NCBI GenBank assembly: GCA_030149205.1
Contig: JASBSB010000007.1
Coordinates: 601,631-633,630 of the forward strand
Length of the DNA: 32,000 nucleotides
Direction: 5' to 3'
DNA from: Candidatus Heimdallarchaeota archaeon
GTDB lineage: Archaea; Asgardarchaeota; Heimdallarchaeia; Heimdallarchaeales; Kariarchaeaceae
Under the pieces are notes generated by a model that did not search any database, was not told the origin of the DNA, and was given only the letters and a program-made list of their open reading frames with translations. The translations under genes and the position numbers were made by a program. This document shows, one piece after another, positions 9,341-19,015 of this stretch. Every line of letters begins with the position of its first letter. Within the stretch, counting starts at the first letter, position 1.

Positions 9341-11475
9341 AAATTTAATGCCTCCTTCATAGGCTTATTCCATGCCTCTTCTAATTCCTTTAGGGTATGG
9401 GAGTTGTTGTTATAGATGAAAACCTCCTCTGAGGAGGTTCTTCCTAAATCAACAAAATTAATCTTTAGATCCCTCATCTTCCCCTTTAACTCAACTTCTT
9501 CTTCTGGTCTTACCTGAATTAAGAAGCGAGGTGCGAATTCTCCAAACTTTTCTTCTACACCCAGATTGACAAGAGCTCTGTTAGCCTTGAACCCTACCTT
9601 GCTTTCAATTAACCATTTGATTAGAGATACCAAAAGTCCTCCTCTCCCAATATGTCTTGCAGCAGTTAGCTGAAAGGAGGTTAGAAAACCCATCAGTTTT
9701 TGTTCTTCCTCATAGTAAACCTCTAATTTTTTCATATTTGTGGGAGTTGAAACCTGTTTGTGATACTGGCTTCCAATAAGTTGACCTTTATTACTACCAA
9801 TTAAGAATATCCGAGAATTAACCGTAGTTAATACTGGTGAAGTTGGTGCTTGATCGCTTATTCCTATAATCCCAATAAAGGGACTGGGGAGAATCTTTTT
9901 TCTTGCACTCTCTGTCTGTTTTTCATTGTAAAGAGACACATTTCCACCAACCACAGGAATCTTCAGTTGTTGAGAAAAATTAGCCACCCCTTTAATTGCC
10001 TCCACAAACTCCCAATAAGAATCAGGAAAATCTGGATTGCCAAAATTTAATGAATCAACCAAACCTATTGGTGTTCCACCTCTAGAAACTATCTTATGAA
10101 GAATTTCGAGACTTGCCAACTCTGCACCAAGCTTTGGAGATTGATTTACCAGAAATGAATTGGTTCCTGAGGCTATGGATAAATACTTCCTGTTGGGTAG
10201 GAGTAGAACCCCTCCACCATTGAATGGAGAAACCACAGTATTCCCTTGAACGTGTTGATCATATTGGATGAAAACTTCTTTTCTAGACGCTAGATCGACA
10301 GATTGCAACAATGAGAGAGCAATTTGCAGGTCATCACCACCTGAACGACGGTTTGAGTTAAATATTGGTCTATCGGGTTCTGTCATTGGGCGTGGTGGTT
10401 CAGGAAATCCATTTATAACAAAATCCACAGGGAGTTCTGCAACATTTTCCCCATTAAATTCAGCTGTAAACAGCTTAGATTCATTAATCTCTCCCACAAC
10501 ACTCCATTCCACCTCAAATTTATCAAGAGATTCTGTTATTTTTTTCAGATTAGCAGGATTAATAATGGCCAGCATTCTTTCCTGAGATTCTGAAATAAGT
10601 CTTTGCCAAGCTTTGATATCATCAATTTGAGTATGTACCTCATTTAAATTCAAGTGAACTCCCTTTCCACCTTTCTCAGCCATTTCAACAGCTGCGCAAA
10701 CCAATCCTCCTCCTCCTAAGTCTTGGAGAGCTGATAAATGTTCACTTATCTCGAGGGTCACATCAATGAGCTTCTTCTCTGTTAAGGGGTCTCCTATCTG
10801 TACAGATCCTCTTTGTTCCAATGTGTTGTTGGAGTCCGAAAACACCTCTGAGGCAAAAGTTACACCACCAATCCCATCTAACCCAGTCTTACCCCCATAT
10901 AGAACCAAAATGTCCCCCGAATTTTTGGCAACTGACCTGATTATTTTGTCTTTATCAACAACACCCACACACATGGCATTTACAAGTGGGTTTTCTTCGA
11001 AATTCTCATCAAATTCTAGGTCTCCTCCTAAATTAGGAACCCCAACACAGTTCCCATATGATGATATTCCAAGTATTACCTGATCTAACAGAAGTTTCTG
11101 TCTGTTTTGAAATGGAAGTCCAAACCTCAGATTGTCTAAGATAGCTATGGGTCTGCAACCCTGACTTAAAATATCTCTGATTATACCTCCAACCCCAGTG
11201 CTTGCCCCATTAAAGGGATCTACAGCAGATGGATGATTATGGCTCTCTAACCCAAGCCCCACAAGAAGATCTTCTCCGACATCAATCAACCCAGCACCTT
11301 CCCCAATTCCCAATGCCACCCTTTCACTCTCTGTATAAAAAAGATGGAACCACCTCTTACTCGATTTGTAAGAGCAATGTTCACTCCACAAAGCATCAAA
11401 GGTTGAAAACTCCTCTATGGTGGGGTCTCTACCTAAAGTCTTCTTAATCTTTGTTATTTCAGGTTCAGTTAACAT
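9337..11475 (-). CDS. purL: FGAM synthase subunit PurL (small type)
   Basis: [61 protein letters not shown]. Confidence 0.97.
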   Translation of the reverse strand: MLTEPEITKIKKTLGRDPTIEEFSTFDALWSEHCSYKSSKRWFHLFYTESERVALGIGEGAGLIDVGEDLLVGLGLESHNHPSAVDPFNGASTGVGGIIRDILSQGCRPIAILDNLRFGLPFQNRQKLLLDQVILGISSYGNCVGVPNLGGDLEFDENFEENPLVNAMCVGVVDKDKIIRSVAKNSGDILVLYGGKTGLDGIGGVTFASEVFSDSNNTLEQRGSVQIGDPLTEKKLIDVTLEISEHLSALQDLGGGGLVCAAVEMAEKGGKGVHLNLNEVHTQIDDIKAWQRLISESQERMLAIINPANLKKITESLDKFEVEWSVVGEINESKLFTAEFNGENVAELPVDFVINGFPEPPRPMTEPDRPIFNSNRRSGGDDLQIALSLLQSVDLASRKEVFIQYDQHVQGNTVVSPFNGGGVLLLPNRKYLSIASGTNSFLVNQSPKLGAELASLEILHKIVSRGGTPIGLVDSLNFGNPDFPDSYWEFVEAIKGVANFSQQLKIPVVGGNVSLYNEKQTESARKKILPSPFIGIIGISDQAPTSPVLTTVNSRIFLIGSNKGQLIGSQYHKQVSTPTNMKKLEVYYEEEQKLMGFLTSFQLTAARHIGRGGLLVSLIKWLIESKVGFKANRALVNLGVEEKFGEFAPRFLIQVRPEEEVELKGKMRDLKINFVDLGRTSSEEVFIYNNNSHTLKELEEAWNKPMKEALNL

Positions 11476-12128
11476 TTAATTGCCTCCACAAATACTTTTA
11501 ATATTTTTCTGCCATCTGTAGATCCCTGATGCTTGAAAAAAGCTCTTTCTGGATGTGGCATCATACCTGCCACTGAATTTTTGACCATCCCTGCGATGTT
11601 ATCGAGTGACCCATTGGGGTTTGAATCTTCTGTATCTCGTCCATCAATGTCACTATATCTGGCTAATACTCCATCAGGTCGAGTGGTATTCCAATAATTT
11701 CCCTCAAAATGAGCGATTGGAATTCTCATAACTTGATTAAAAAGGTCTCCAAATAGCTTATCATCAGATATCTTGATGTTGATAAATTTACTAACAAACC
11801 TCGTATGCCTGTTAGGTAATAATGCCCCAGGTAAAAGACCTGCTTCAGTCAATATCTGAAAACCATTACATATACCGAAAACTAGCTTCCCAGATAAAGT
11901 TTCATCCCTTAAGAGTTGAACAGTTTCTGTTGTCTTTGCTATTGCACCAGCCCTGAGTATATCCCCAAAGCTAAATCCACCCGGTATAACAAATGCATCC
12001 TGATCATTGATTCTCTGTAAATCTTTATATTCAATTAGATTTGCAGAAACCCCCTCAAAATTGTTTAAGGCACGCAATGTTTCATGCTCATTGTTGGTGC
12101 CTGGAAAGCGAAAAACTCCAATTTCCAA
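11469..12128 (-). CDS. purQ: FGAM synthase glutaminase subunit
   Basis: FPGTN, PGGFSFGD, GICNGFQ (catalytic Cys), MPHPER (His-Glu). TTG start with GGTGA Shine-Dalgarno at 12134-12138. Confidence 0.96.
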   Translation of the reverse strand: MEIGVFRFPGTNNEHETLRALNNFEGVSANLIEYKDLQRINDQDAFVIPGGFSFGDILRAGAIAKTTETVQLLRDETLSGKLVFGICNGFQILTEAGLLPGALLPNRHTRFVSKFINIKISDDKLFGDLFNQVMRIPIAHFEGNYWNTTRPDGVLARYSDIDGRDTEDSNPNGSLDNIAGMVKNSVAGMMPHPERAFFKHQGSTDGRKILKVFVEAIKC

Positions 12129-12133
12129 TTATC

Positions 12134-13132
12134 TCACCGAATCTGGATTTTGAAGACCTCAATTAGAGGATTGGTCAGCAATTCATTATTGACCTTGTGA
12201 AATTCTTCCTTCCAATTTCTTGATTCAAGGTTTTCTTGAAAACTTATCTGAATGAATTTACCTAACCTTACAGATTGGGTATTTATTCCAAAATTTTCAA
12301 TGGCTCTTTTAACCACGTTCCCTCCAGGATTAGGGATACCCTCTTTAGGTGTTATGATAATATTCACATTCAATGGTTCTCTCAGTGGTTCAAACTCTAT
12401 TTCTGATAGTCTCTTCTCTAAGGTTCTGTACCCTTCAAGGACGTCTCCCAAGTCTTTTCGAAACACGTCTTTATCGAGTTTTTGTCTGGTCTCTTTATCC
12501 CAAACTCTCATTGAATCTCCTGAAAGCTCATCAGCTAACCAGATTAATCCATTTTTGTCCCTCCCAAACTCCAATTTAAAATCCACCAAAATCAAACCCG
12601 CTTTGTCAAAATTGTGTTTGAGAACCTTGTTTACTCTGTGTGCGTATGCCTTAACTAACCCTAGTTCAAATTCTTCTATGTAACCCAATGAAACAGCTAC
12701 AGATTCAGAGATCAATGGGTCATGTAATTCATCATCTTTCACGAAGATTTCCAGCAAAGGCTTTTTGAGCTCTTCACCCTCAGGTATTCCATATCGTCTG
12801 CAAATACTTCCTGCAAGTGTGTTTCTGATTACCACTTCAACAGGGAAAATTTTTAGAGGTCTTACTAAGAAAGTAATATCATCCTCTTTTTTTAGAATAT
12901 GTGTTGGGATCCCTGAGGATGTCAATAAGTTAAACAAGATTTCTGTCATTCTAGCGTTGAGAGCCCCCTTACCATTGAGATTGTCCTTTTTAGCACCATC
13001 TCCAGCAGTGATATCGTCTCTAAAAATCATTTTAGCTGTTTCAGAATTCAATATTTCAAGTGTTTTAACCTTTCCTGAGTAGCTTTTTTCCTCATTTTCC
13101 TGTCTCATCATTTGATAAGTTATTGCACTCAA
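12134..13132 (-). CDS. purC-purS: SAICAR synthetase fused to a C-terminal PurS domain
   Basis: PurC motifs GKVK, FRDDITAGDG, EVVIRN..AGS, KDDELHDP, VDFKLEFG, ADELSGDSMRVWD, LDKDVFR. The last ~78 aa (12137-12373) match PurS: ITPKEGIPNPGG..V, VRLGK, LLTNPLIE. Start is TTG 13132 or ATG 13111/13108. Confidence 0.9.
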   Translation of the reverse strand: MSAITYQMMRQENEEKSYSGKVKTLEILNSETAKMIFRDDITAGDGAKKDNLNGKGALNARMTEILFNLLTSSGIPTHILKKEDDITFLVRPLKIFPVEVVIRNTLAGSICRRYGIPEGEELKKPLLEIFVKDDELHDPLISESVAVSLGYIEEFELGLVKAYAHRVNKVLKHNFDKAGLILVDFKLEFGRDKNGLIWLADELSGDSMRVWDKETRQKLDKDVFRKDLGDVLEGYRTLEKRLSEIEFEPLREPLNVNIIITPKEGIPNPGGNVVKRAIENFGINTQSVRLGKFIQISFQENLESRNWKEEFHKVNNELLTNPLIEVFKIQIR

Positions 13133-13399
13133 TTTAGTTTAATAAAACTAATGTTCAAACCAAAACTCTGTCAAAAAATTACATATTATTGTAAATATGT
13201 GACTATAATAATTATATTTTTATCAAATACTCAAATTATTTTACAAATTTATGCAACTAATTTCTGGAGTATAGATTTTTGAATTGACCAAATATGCTTT
13301 TCTTGTTAATTTTAGATAAATTTAGATGACTCTCCTTAAATTTTGCTGAAATCTATTTATCGGTAGATTGTTAAGCGGTCTCTTTTAATATGATTACAA

Positions 13400-14242
13400 G
13401 TGACACATAAAGTTGTACTAACTGTCGACCTTGACCGAGATTACCCCATTGAATCCATGGGTAAGATGAGTGCACATTCTGCGGTCTCTCAAGATACAGA
13501 CTTAGACCCTGAAATTAGAGGAACGATGGCAGGAACTTCATTGGTTTTGGATTACCTTTCAAAGCTAAAAATACCCTGTATATTTTTTATAGAAGCATCA
13601 GTCTTGAAGAAAATGGGGGAAACTGAACTGGTTGAAAGATTATTGCCATATGAGATTGGGTCGCATGGGGTATCCCATGAAGATTTTACTGGAGAGCTTT
13701 CAGGTTATATACCCACAAGTGATGAGATCACAACTACACTGAAGACTTCAATTCAAATCATTTCAAAGTTTCTAAAAACTCCAAGAGGGTTTCGAGCTCC
13801 CTTTTTAAATGTGGATTCAAGAGTCATGAAACGGGTTGAAAACTTGTTCGAATACGACTCAAGTGTTACAATTAAGCAGATTCAATCCTATTCCAATGTA
13901 TCCATCGATAAGGAATTTGACTGGATAAACATTCCAGAGTTGTTTCTGAGCACAACAAATGACAAAAGAGACAAACCAATTTCTGGATATCTTTGGCAGT
14001 TGTTCGAAGGAAGCAGAACTGAGGAAGACTATCTTTTTATGTTAGATCGGTGCTTTAGAATCAATAAACTAACGTACACAACTCTAGCTTTTCATCCCTG
14101 GCATCTGAGTATTAATACAAAAGAGAGAAGGTACCTAACAAAGCAGGAGGTTCATAACAACTTCAGAAAGTTATATAATTTACTTGACAAAGTACAGTCT
14201 TCTTTTGAGTTTGTAGGTGTTGAAGATATTTTGAGTCTATAA
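13400..14242 (+). CDS. Polysaccharide deacetylase-like (CE4/NodB fold) metal hydrolase
   Basis: LTVDLD (motif 1), GSHGVSHE (His-x3-His), GFRAPF, YDSS, FHPWH. Confidence 0.8.
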   Translation: MTHKVVLTVDLDRDYPIESMGKMSAHSAVSQDTDLDPEIRGTMAGTSLVLDYLSKLKIPCIFFIEASVLKKMGETELVERLLPYEIGSHGVSHEDFTGELSGYIPTSDEITTTLKTSIQIISKFLKTPRGFRAPFLNVDSRVMKRVENLFEYDSSVTIKQIQSYSNVSIDKEFDWINIPELFLSTTNDKRDKPISGYLWQLFEGSRTEEDYLFMLDRCFRINKLTYTTLAFHPWHLSINTKERRYLTKQEVHNNFRKLYNLLDKVQSSFEFVGVEDILSL

Positions 14243-14304
14243 GTGCAGAAATAAGAAAGATTTATCTTTGTGAGACAGCAAAAATTTATGTACATACTTA
14301 AAGA

Positions 14305-14964
14305 GTGAACTTTATGCCCACAAAAGATGTTAGGTTAGATGACTTGGACTCTGATGTGTTAATGAATGAGACTATTGCTGCACTCAAAAAAAATAATCTC
14401 AAACCTAAACTAACATTAAAGGAAGATCGAACTCTTAGGTTCACTGTCTCAAACTCTGTTGCATCAACTGGGCTATTAATGGAGAGACCGAGGGCTCGTC
14501 CGCTATTTGTTGAGATTTCAACAGGAAAATCCTATGATGTTAACCCAAGCTACCAAGTTGTTAGAAAAGAAAAATCTAGAGATGGTCGAAGCAATAATAA
14601 TCTCTTTTGGATAGTAATTATTGCACTGTTTTTTTTGGGGGCAATAATTTGGTTTGTCTCATTGACTATCCAATTAATTCTACAAACAGTACCATGGTTT
14701 CAAGCTCAATTGCCTTGGATTGCAGGAGGAATCGGCTCACTTTTGGTAATATTTGCCGGATTTAAAATCTACAAGCGAAATGCAGAAAAGTACATGGAAA
14801 TTAATGTGCTTGAAATTGTGTATAATCATCTTAAATCCTTAAATTTAGGTAAATCAGAGAAAAAAACACCTAGAAAGTGTTGGAACTGTTTTGCCGAATT
14901 GCAGCCAGATGAAAGGTTCTGTTCAAATTGTGGTCAAGATCAAATTGGTGAAAAGCTTAACTAA
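14305..14964 (+). CDS. Membrane protein with two TM helices and a C-terminal zinc ribbon
   Basis: Hydrophobic runs LFWIVIIALFFLGAIIWFVSLTI and IAGGIGSLLVIFAGF; C-terminal CWNC-x10-CSNC. Alternative start ATG 14314. Confidence 0.75.
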   Translation: MNFMPTKDVRLDDLDSDVLMNETIAALKKNNLKPKLTLKEDRTLRFTVSNSVASTGLLMERPRARPLFVEISTGKSYDVNPSYQVVRKEKSRDGRSNNNLFWIVIIALFFLGAIIWFVSLTIQLILQTVPWFQAQLPWIAGGIGSLLVIFAGFKIYKRNAEKYMEINVLEIVYNHLKSLNLGKSEKKTPRKCWNCFAELQPDERFCSNCGQDQIGEKLN

Positions 14965-14972
14965 CCGGTGTA

Positions 14973-16265
14973 GTGTTACTGATGTCTGAATCAAACCACA
15001 ACTTGAAATCATACTACGTATTCTGGTTCGGACAATTAACTTCGATACTAGGGTCAGCAATTGTGCAATTTGTGATAATTTGGTGGATCACTCTAACAAC
15101 CCAAAGTGCATTCTATCTAGGATTAGCTGCCTTTCTTGGTTTTGGTTCAATGATGTTAATTATCCCGTTTGCAGGTGTACTTGTAGATAGGTGGTCAAGA
15201 AAACTTGTTCTAGCCATATCCGACACATTACAGGCGATTTTCTCACTTTGGCTTATTTTTCTATTCTACACGAACACAGCTGATATAACCTCTGTACTGG
15301 TAATTCTGACAATACGTGGGTTTCTAGAGGGATTTCACACACCAGCGTTTGAGGCTATTATTCCAGTGCTTGTTCCTGAAGAGAAACTTCGGGAGATCAA
15401 CGGTCTTAGTTATTTTGCTAATGGACTCATCAACGTTTTTGGTCCAGTATTAGGGGCAGTCCTTCTAGACTATTTTGGAATACAGAACATTGGGCACATC
15501 ATCTGGATAGACATGATCACCTTTCTTATTGCGGTGATTCCTCTGTTTTTTATTACAATTCCATCAGTAAGGTCAAAAGAAGATCGAGAGCCATTTTTTA
15601 CTGAATTAAAAGGAGGTATCCAATTCATAAGGAACAGTAATGGGTTACTTTCACTTTTAAGCGTGTTTACAACTGTAAATTTCTTTACCACCCCCGTGTT
15701 TGTGCTTTTACCCTTAATTATAAATTCACCAAGTTATTTTAACTCCTCCCAAAATCTTCTTGGATATGTTTTGGCAGTAAGTCAGATAGGGGTTATCATT
15801 GGCTCATTGTATATGACCAGATTTCAACCATTCAAGAAACATGTTAAAGGAGTGATCCTTGGGGTCTTTTTTATGTACCTTTCCTCAATCCTTCTATCAA
15901 TAAGTGCAATCGATAAATTGGTTTGGCTACTCTATGCCTCTTCGATAATTACAGGACTATCTCTCCCTGTTTCAAATGTTTCTTCTCAAACCATCTGGCA
16001 AAAAGTGGTTCCATTAGATAAGCAAGCAAGAGTGTATTCTGTTAGATTAGTAATTGCACAGGGGCTTGGAGCGATTTCTATGCTTCTATCAGGTATTCTA
16101 GCGGGAATATTTGATCCCATCTCGGTTATTTTCTATGGAGCGATTGCTGGAGCAATTATATTGACATACAGTGTTTTTAGGACAAACCTTTTGCATGTGG
16201 AACAAAACATCAATCAAAATACACGGGAATCTATCATAAATCCCTCTCAACTATCATCAGATTAA
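14973..16265 (+). CDS. MFS transporter (MefA/MFS_3-like exporter), paralogue 1
   Basis: FWFGQLTSILGS, GVLVDRWSRK (MFS motif A), about 12 hydrophobic segments. Alternative start ATG 14982. Confidence 0.9.
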   Translation: MLLMSESNHNLKSYYVFWFGQLTSILGSAIVQFVIIWWITLTTQSAFYLGLAAFLGFGSMMLIIPFAGVLVDRWSRKLVLAISDTLQAIFSLWLIFLFYTNTADITSVLVILTIRGFLEGFHTPAFEAIIPVLVPEEKLREINGLSYFANGLINVFGPVLGAVLLDYFGIQNIGHIIWIDMITFLIAVIPLFFITIPSVRSKEDREPFFTELKGGIQFIRNSNGLLSLLSVFTTVNFFTTPVFVLLPLIINSPSYFNSSQNLLGYVLAVSQIGVIIGSLYMTRFQPFKKHVKGVILGVFFMYLSSILLSISAIDKLVWLLYASSIITGLSLPVSNVSSQTIWQKVVPLDKQARVYSVRLVIAQGLGAISMLLSGILAGIFDPISVIFYGAIAGAIILTYSVFRTNLLHVEQNINQNTRESIINPSQLSSD

Positions 16266-16534
16266 ACAATAATTTCCAGTAAATTTCTTTGTTTGCATTC
16301 AGTTAGCACAAATTAAATTATTGTTAATGTATTGTTTCATGGATATGACCATGGAATAATATTAAATGACCAAAAAATCAATTTTAGTCAATGGTTAATT
16401 TAAATGATCAATTCATGAAATATGATTGTAGAATTTAATTTCTTTCATCCTTTAGTGAAAAAATAACACAATTTGATAAATCAAACGTTTTTGAAGGATT
16501 TAAAGGAGAAGTTGACTCTACTCTTGCAGGTCTA

Positions 16535-17116
16535 ATGGCTGCTGCACTGGTTGCTTATAAAAACACGAACCTTGAGGAACTTTATAAAACCAGTTTACAA
16601 TTCACATTTAGGTTTAATGCAATTAGCAATGGTGCAAAATTAGACCCACTTGCAAATTCAGAATCAGGGTATGAAATCGCCTATGAAGTTGAGTACAGGA
16701 CAAATTATGTCTGGAGTGTTCCGTATTATGCTGAAAATATTCTATGGATAAATATGGATAACCCTAATTGCAATTGGTATTTTTTCTTAGGAAGTGGGTT
16801 AAATGCAATAATTCATATTTTAACTAAAATGGCAGTGCTTGCAGCAACTGGAACAATTCCTACAATTGGTGCTGTAATTTTCTTATATGCACTTACAATT
16901 TGGTCCACAACATTCCATAGGATTCGGGGAGATTGCAAATTTGGTATATCAGGGCAACTCCTTCCTATACCTGCTAATACCTTATGGTTTGATTATGGTA
17001 ATGACGGATATGGACAGAATAACATGTATGGGGTTCCTATACCTGGGTTAGCGGGTGTTACTTTGTTTTATGCATTAAATTTAGGTAGCCCTCATTGGAC
17101 TCCAATTGTCCCGTAA
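16535..17116 (+). CDS. Hypothetical protein with a central hydrophobic segment; possibly the surviving 3' part of a longer gene
   Basis: 193-aa ORF with no recognisable family. The frame stays open 96 bp upstream to TAA 16436-16438. Confidence 0.55.
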   Translation: MAAALVAYKNTNLEELYKTSLQFTFRFNAISNGAKLDPLANSESGYEIAYEVEYRTNYVWSVPYYAENILWINMDNPNCNWYFFLGSGLNAIIHILTKMAVLAATGTIPTIGAVIFLYALTIWSTTFHRIRGDCKFGISGQLLPIPANTLWFDYGNDGYGQNNMYGVPIPGLAGVTLFYALNLGSPHWTPIVP

Positions 17117-17168
17117 TCACACTCTTTAAGAAGAGTCTTTGAAAATAAAAATAAGAGTTGAATTAGAA

Positions 17169-17378
17169 ATGAAAATTAAAATACCTTCAATAAAACACCC
17201 TGAAAATTTAATGCTATTTACTATAATATTCGCTGTTCTTATCGGCACAGTTGACAAATTTTATCGGTCCCCTGATGTCAGTTTCTTACTTTTTGGAATA
17301 GCGTTCATTATGACTTTATTGGTAATTGTTTCTTATATAGTAAATATGTATCAAGAAAAAAGCGATTCCAAGGTATAA
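17169..17378 (+). CDS. Small membrane protein with two TM helices (69 aa; 79 aa if started at TTG 17139)
   Basis: LMLFTIIFAVLIGTV and VSFLLFGIAFIMTLLVIVSYIV; lies directly downstream of the 193-aa ORF. Confidence 0.6.
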   Translation: MKIKIPSIKHPENLMLFTIIFAVLIGTVDKFYRSPDVSFLLFGIAFIMTLLVIVSYIVNMYQEKSDSKV

Positions 17379-17641
17379 GATATCTTTAGTCATCACAAGT
17401 AAAAATCACTTAGTGATTAGTAACACATGGATAGAAAATAACATTGGGGGATTAGCTACAAATTAACATTCTTGATTTCAAAAAGATGATTTGATAATTA
17501 ATAATTATATTAAGCTAGAGTTTTTATTTAGTATTTTTTTTTAATATTCATATTTCAGAAATAAGTTTTGAAGTAATGTGATTTATTTGAATAAATTCTC
17601 CTGATGCTCAAAATTTAAGTAATGATTAAGGTAGATAACCC

Positions 17642-18433
17642 ATGGATAAATCCTCCACAATTCAATTATCAAATGGAGTTGGTATGCCTATAGTTGGGTT
17701 AGGGACTTGGAACCTAAGGGGTAAAGTTATGCAATCAATTTCTCAAAGAGCCTTAGAAATTGGATATCGACACTTTGATACTGCAACGTACTATAATAAT
17801 GAGAAAGATCTCGGTTTAGGGATTAAAGACTCAGGAGTTCAACGCTCAGAACTGTACATCACCACTAAAGTCTGGCCAAATGATTTCGGAAGAGATAAGA
17901 CACTTAAAGCATTCGAAAACAGCTTGCGGGATTTAGGTATGAGTTATGTTGATCTCTATCTTATTCACTGGCCCTCCAATCAAAAAATAACTGATGAAAC
18001 CTGGCTAACACTGAATGATATTTACTCTGATCAAAAATCCCGTGCCATAGGAGTTTCAAACTTTAGTGTCTCTCAATTAGCCCATTTAAAATCTGTTTCA
18101 GATGAGATTCCAGAGGTGAATCAGGTGAGATTTAATCCATTCAACTGGTCATCTGAATTATTGGATTATTGTAAGTCTGAGGGAATTGCTGTAACTGCGT
18201 ATAGTCCATTGAATGAGGGGAAGGGATTAGATGATGAACTTCTTGTTCAGATAGGGGACACGTACAACAAATCTTCAGCACAAATCATGCTGAGATGGGC
18301 ACTTCAAAAAGGCACGGGCATAATTCCTAAATCTTCAAAAATCGATCGGCTACGGGAAAACTTGGATATTTTTGATTTTAAGCTGTCAAGGAGTGAGATG
18401 ACCGAAATTGATAATATTCAAAGCAAAAAATAA
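17642..18433 (+). CDS. Aldo/keto reductase (2,5-DKG reductase-like)
   Basis: GLGTW, GYRHFDTATYY (Asp, Tyr), TTKVW (Lys), LIHWP (His), IGVSNF, AYSPL, IPKSS..RLRENLDIFDF. Confidence 0.95.
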   Translation: MDKSSTIQLSNGVGMPIVGLGTWNLRGKVMQSISQRALEIGYRHFDTATYYNNEKDLGLGIKDSGVQRSELYITTKVWPNDFGRDKTLKAFENSLRDLGMSYVDLYLIHWPSNQKITDETWLTLNDIYSDQKSRAIGVSNFSVSQLAHLKSVSDEIPEVNQVRFNPFNWSSELLDYCKSEGIAVTAYSPLNEGKGLDDELLVQIGDTYNKSSAQIMLRWALQKGTGIIPKSSKIDRLRENLDIFDFKLSRSEMTEIDNIQSKK

Positions 18434-18562
18434 TAACTCCACAGATCATGTATCTAAATCATATAAAGAAGAACAACAGTTTTGAGAATTAGAAATCACA
18501 CGATATAGACAACAACCCTTATTTTATATGACAGCTATACTATAATAGAGGACAGACACAAA

Positions 18563-18919
18563 TTGGTTAGAAAGAAGAATGCAAAGTCAAAAAGTAGGTC
18601 AAAAAATTCACAAGGGGATGTAATTAGGGTAAGGCTTCCTAAAAAGGAAAATGGAGAGGTACTTGGGCAGATTATTCAACTTTTAGGGGGAAACCTTTTG
18701 CTTGTGAGATGTGTTGATGAGAAAGTCAGAAAGATTAGGATACCCGGTAAATACAGGAAAAGAATGTGGTCAAGGACAGGCGATATTGTAATTATAATTC
18801 CAGAGTTTGGACTTCACCCTGATGAGAGAGGCACATTAGAACATAGATATCGTAAGAATGAAGCCCAGTTTCTCTATGATCGAGGGTTGATTCCAGAAGA
18901 GTACATTACCTCACTTTGA
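18563..18919 (+). CDS. eif1a: Translation initiation factor aIF-1A (eIF1A homologue)
   Basis: RVRLP...GEVLG.I.QLLGG, VRCVDEKVRKIRIPGKYRKRMW...GDIVII, RYRKNEAQFL. TTG start. Confidence 0.93.
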   Translation: MVRKKNAKSKSRSKNSQGDVIRVRLPKKENGEVLGQIIQLLGGNLLLVRCVDEKVRKIRIPGKYRKRMWSRTGDIVIIIPEFGLHPDERGTLEHRYRKNEAQFLYDRGLIPEEYITSL

Positions 18920-19015
18920 CGATTATCGTAAATCAAATTCGAATGATAAAAAATCGTAGTATCAAATAATTATCTTTTAATAAATGTTATATCGATATAT
19001 AATAGTGAGACAAAA

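Larger units (their letters stand above)
7972..12138 (-). promoter_or_regulatory. Shine-Dalgarno motifs and overlapping stop/start junctions inside the pur operon (translational coupling)
   Basis: GGAGG before folD (7972-7976) and purL (11483-11487), AGGAGG before purE (9351-9356), GGTGA before purQ (12134-12138). ATGA overlaps at purL/purE and purM/folD. Confidence 0.75.

Noticed and set aside
13133-13399. Purine/ZTP riboswitch upstream of the pur operon
   Set aside because: The region is extremely AT-rich with no recognisable aptamer core or stable helices.
13400-14242. PuuE-type allantoinase functionally linked to the divergent pur operon
   Set aside because: It shares only the CE4 fold. 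I do not see PuuE-specific N-terminal motifs, so adjacency alone is insufficient.
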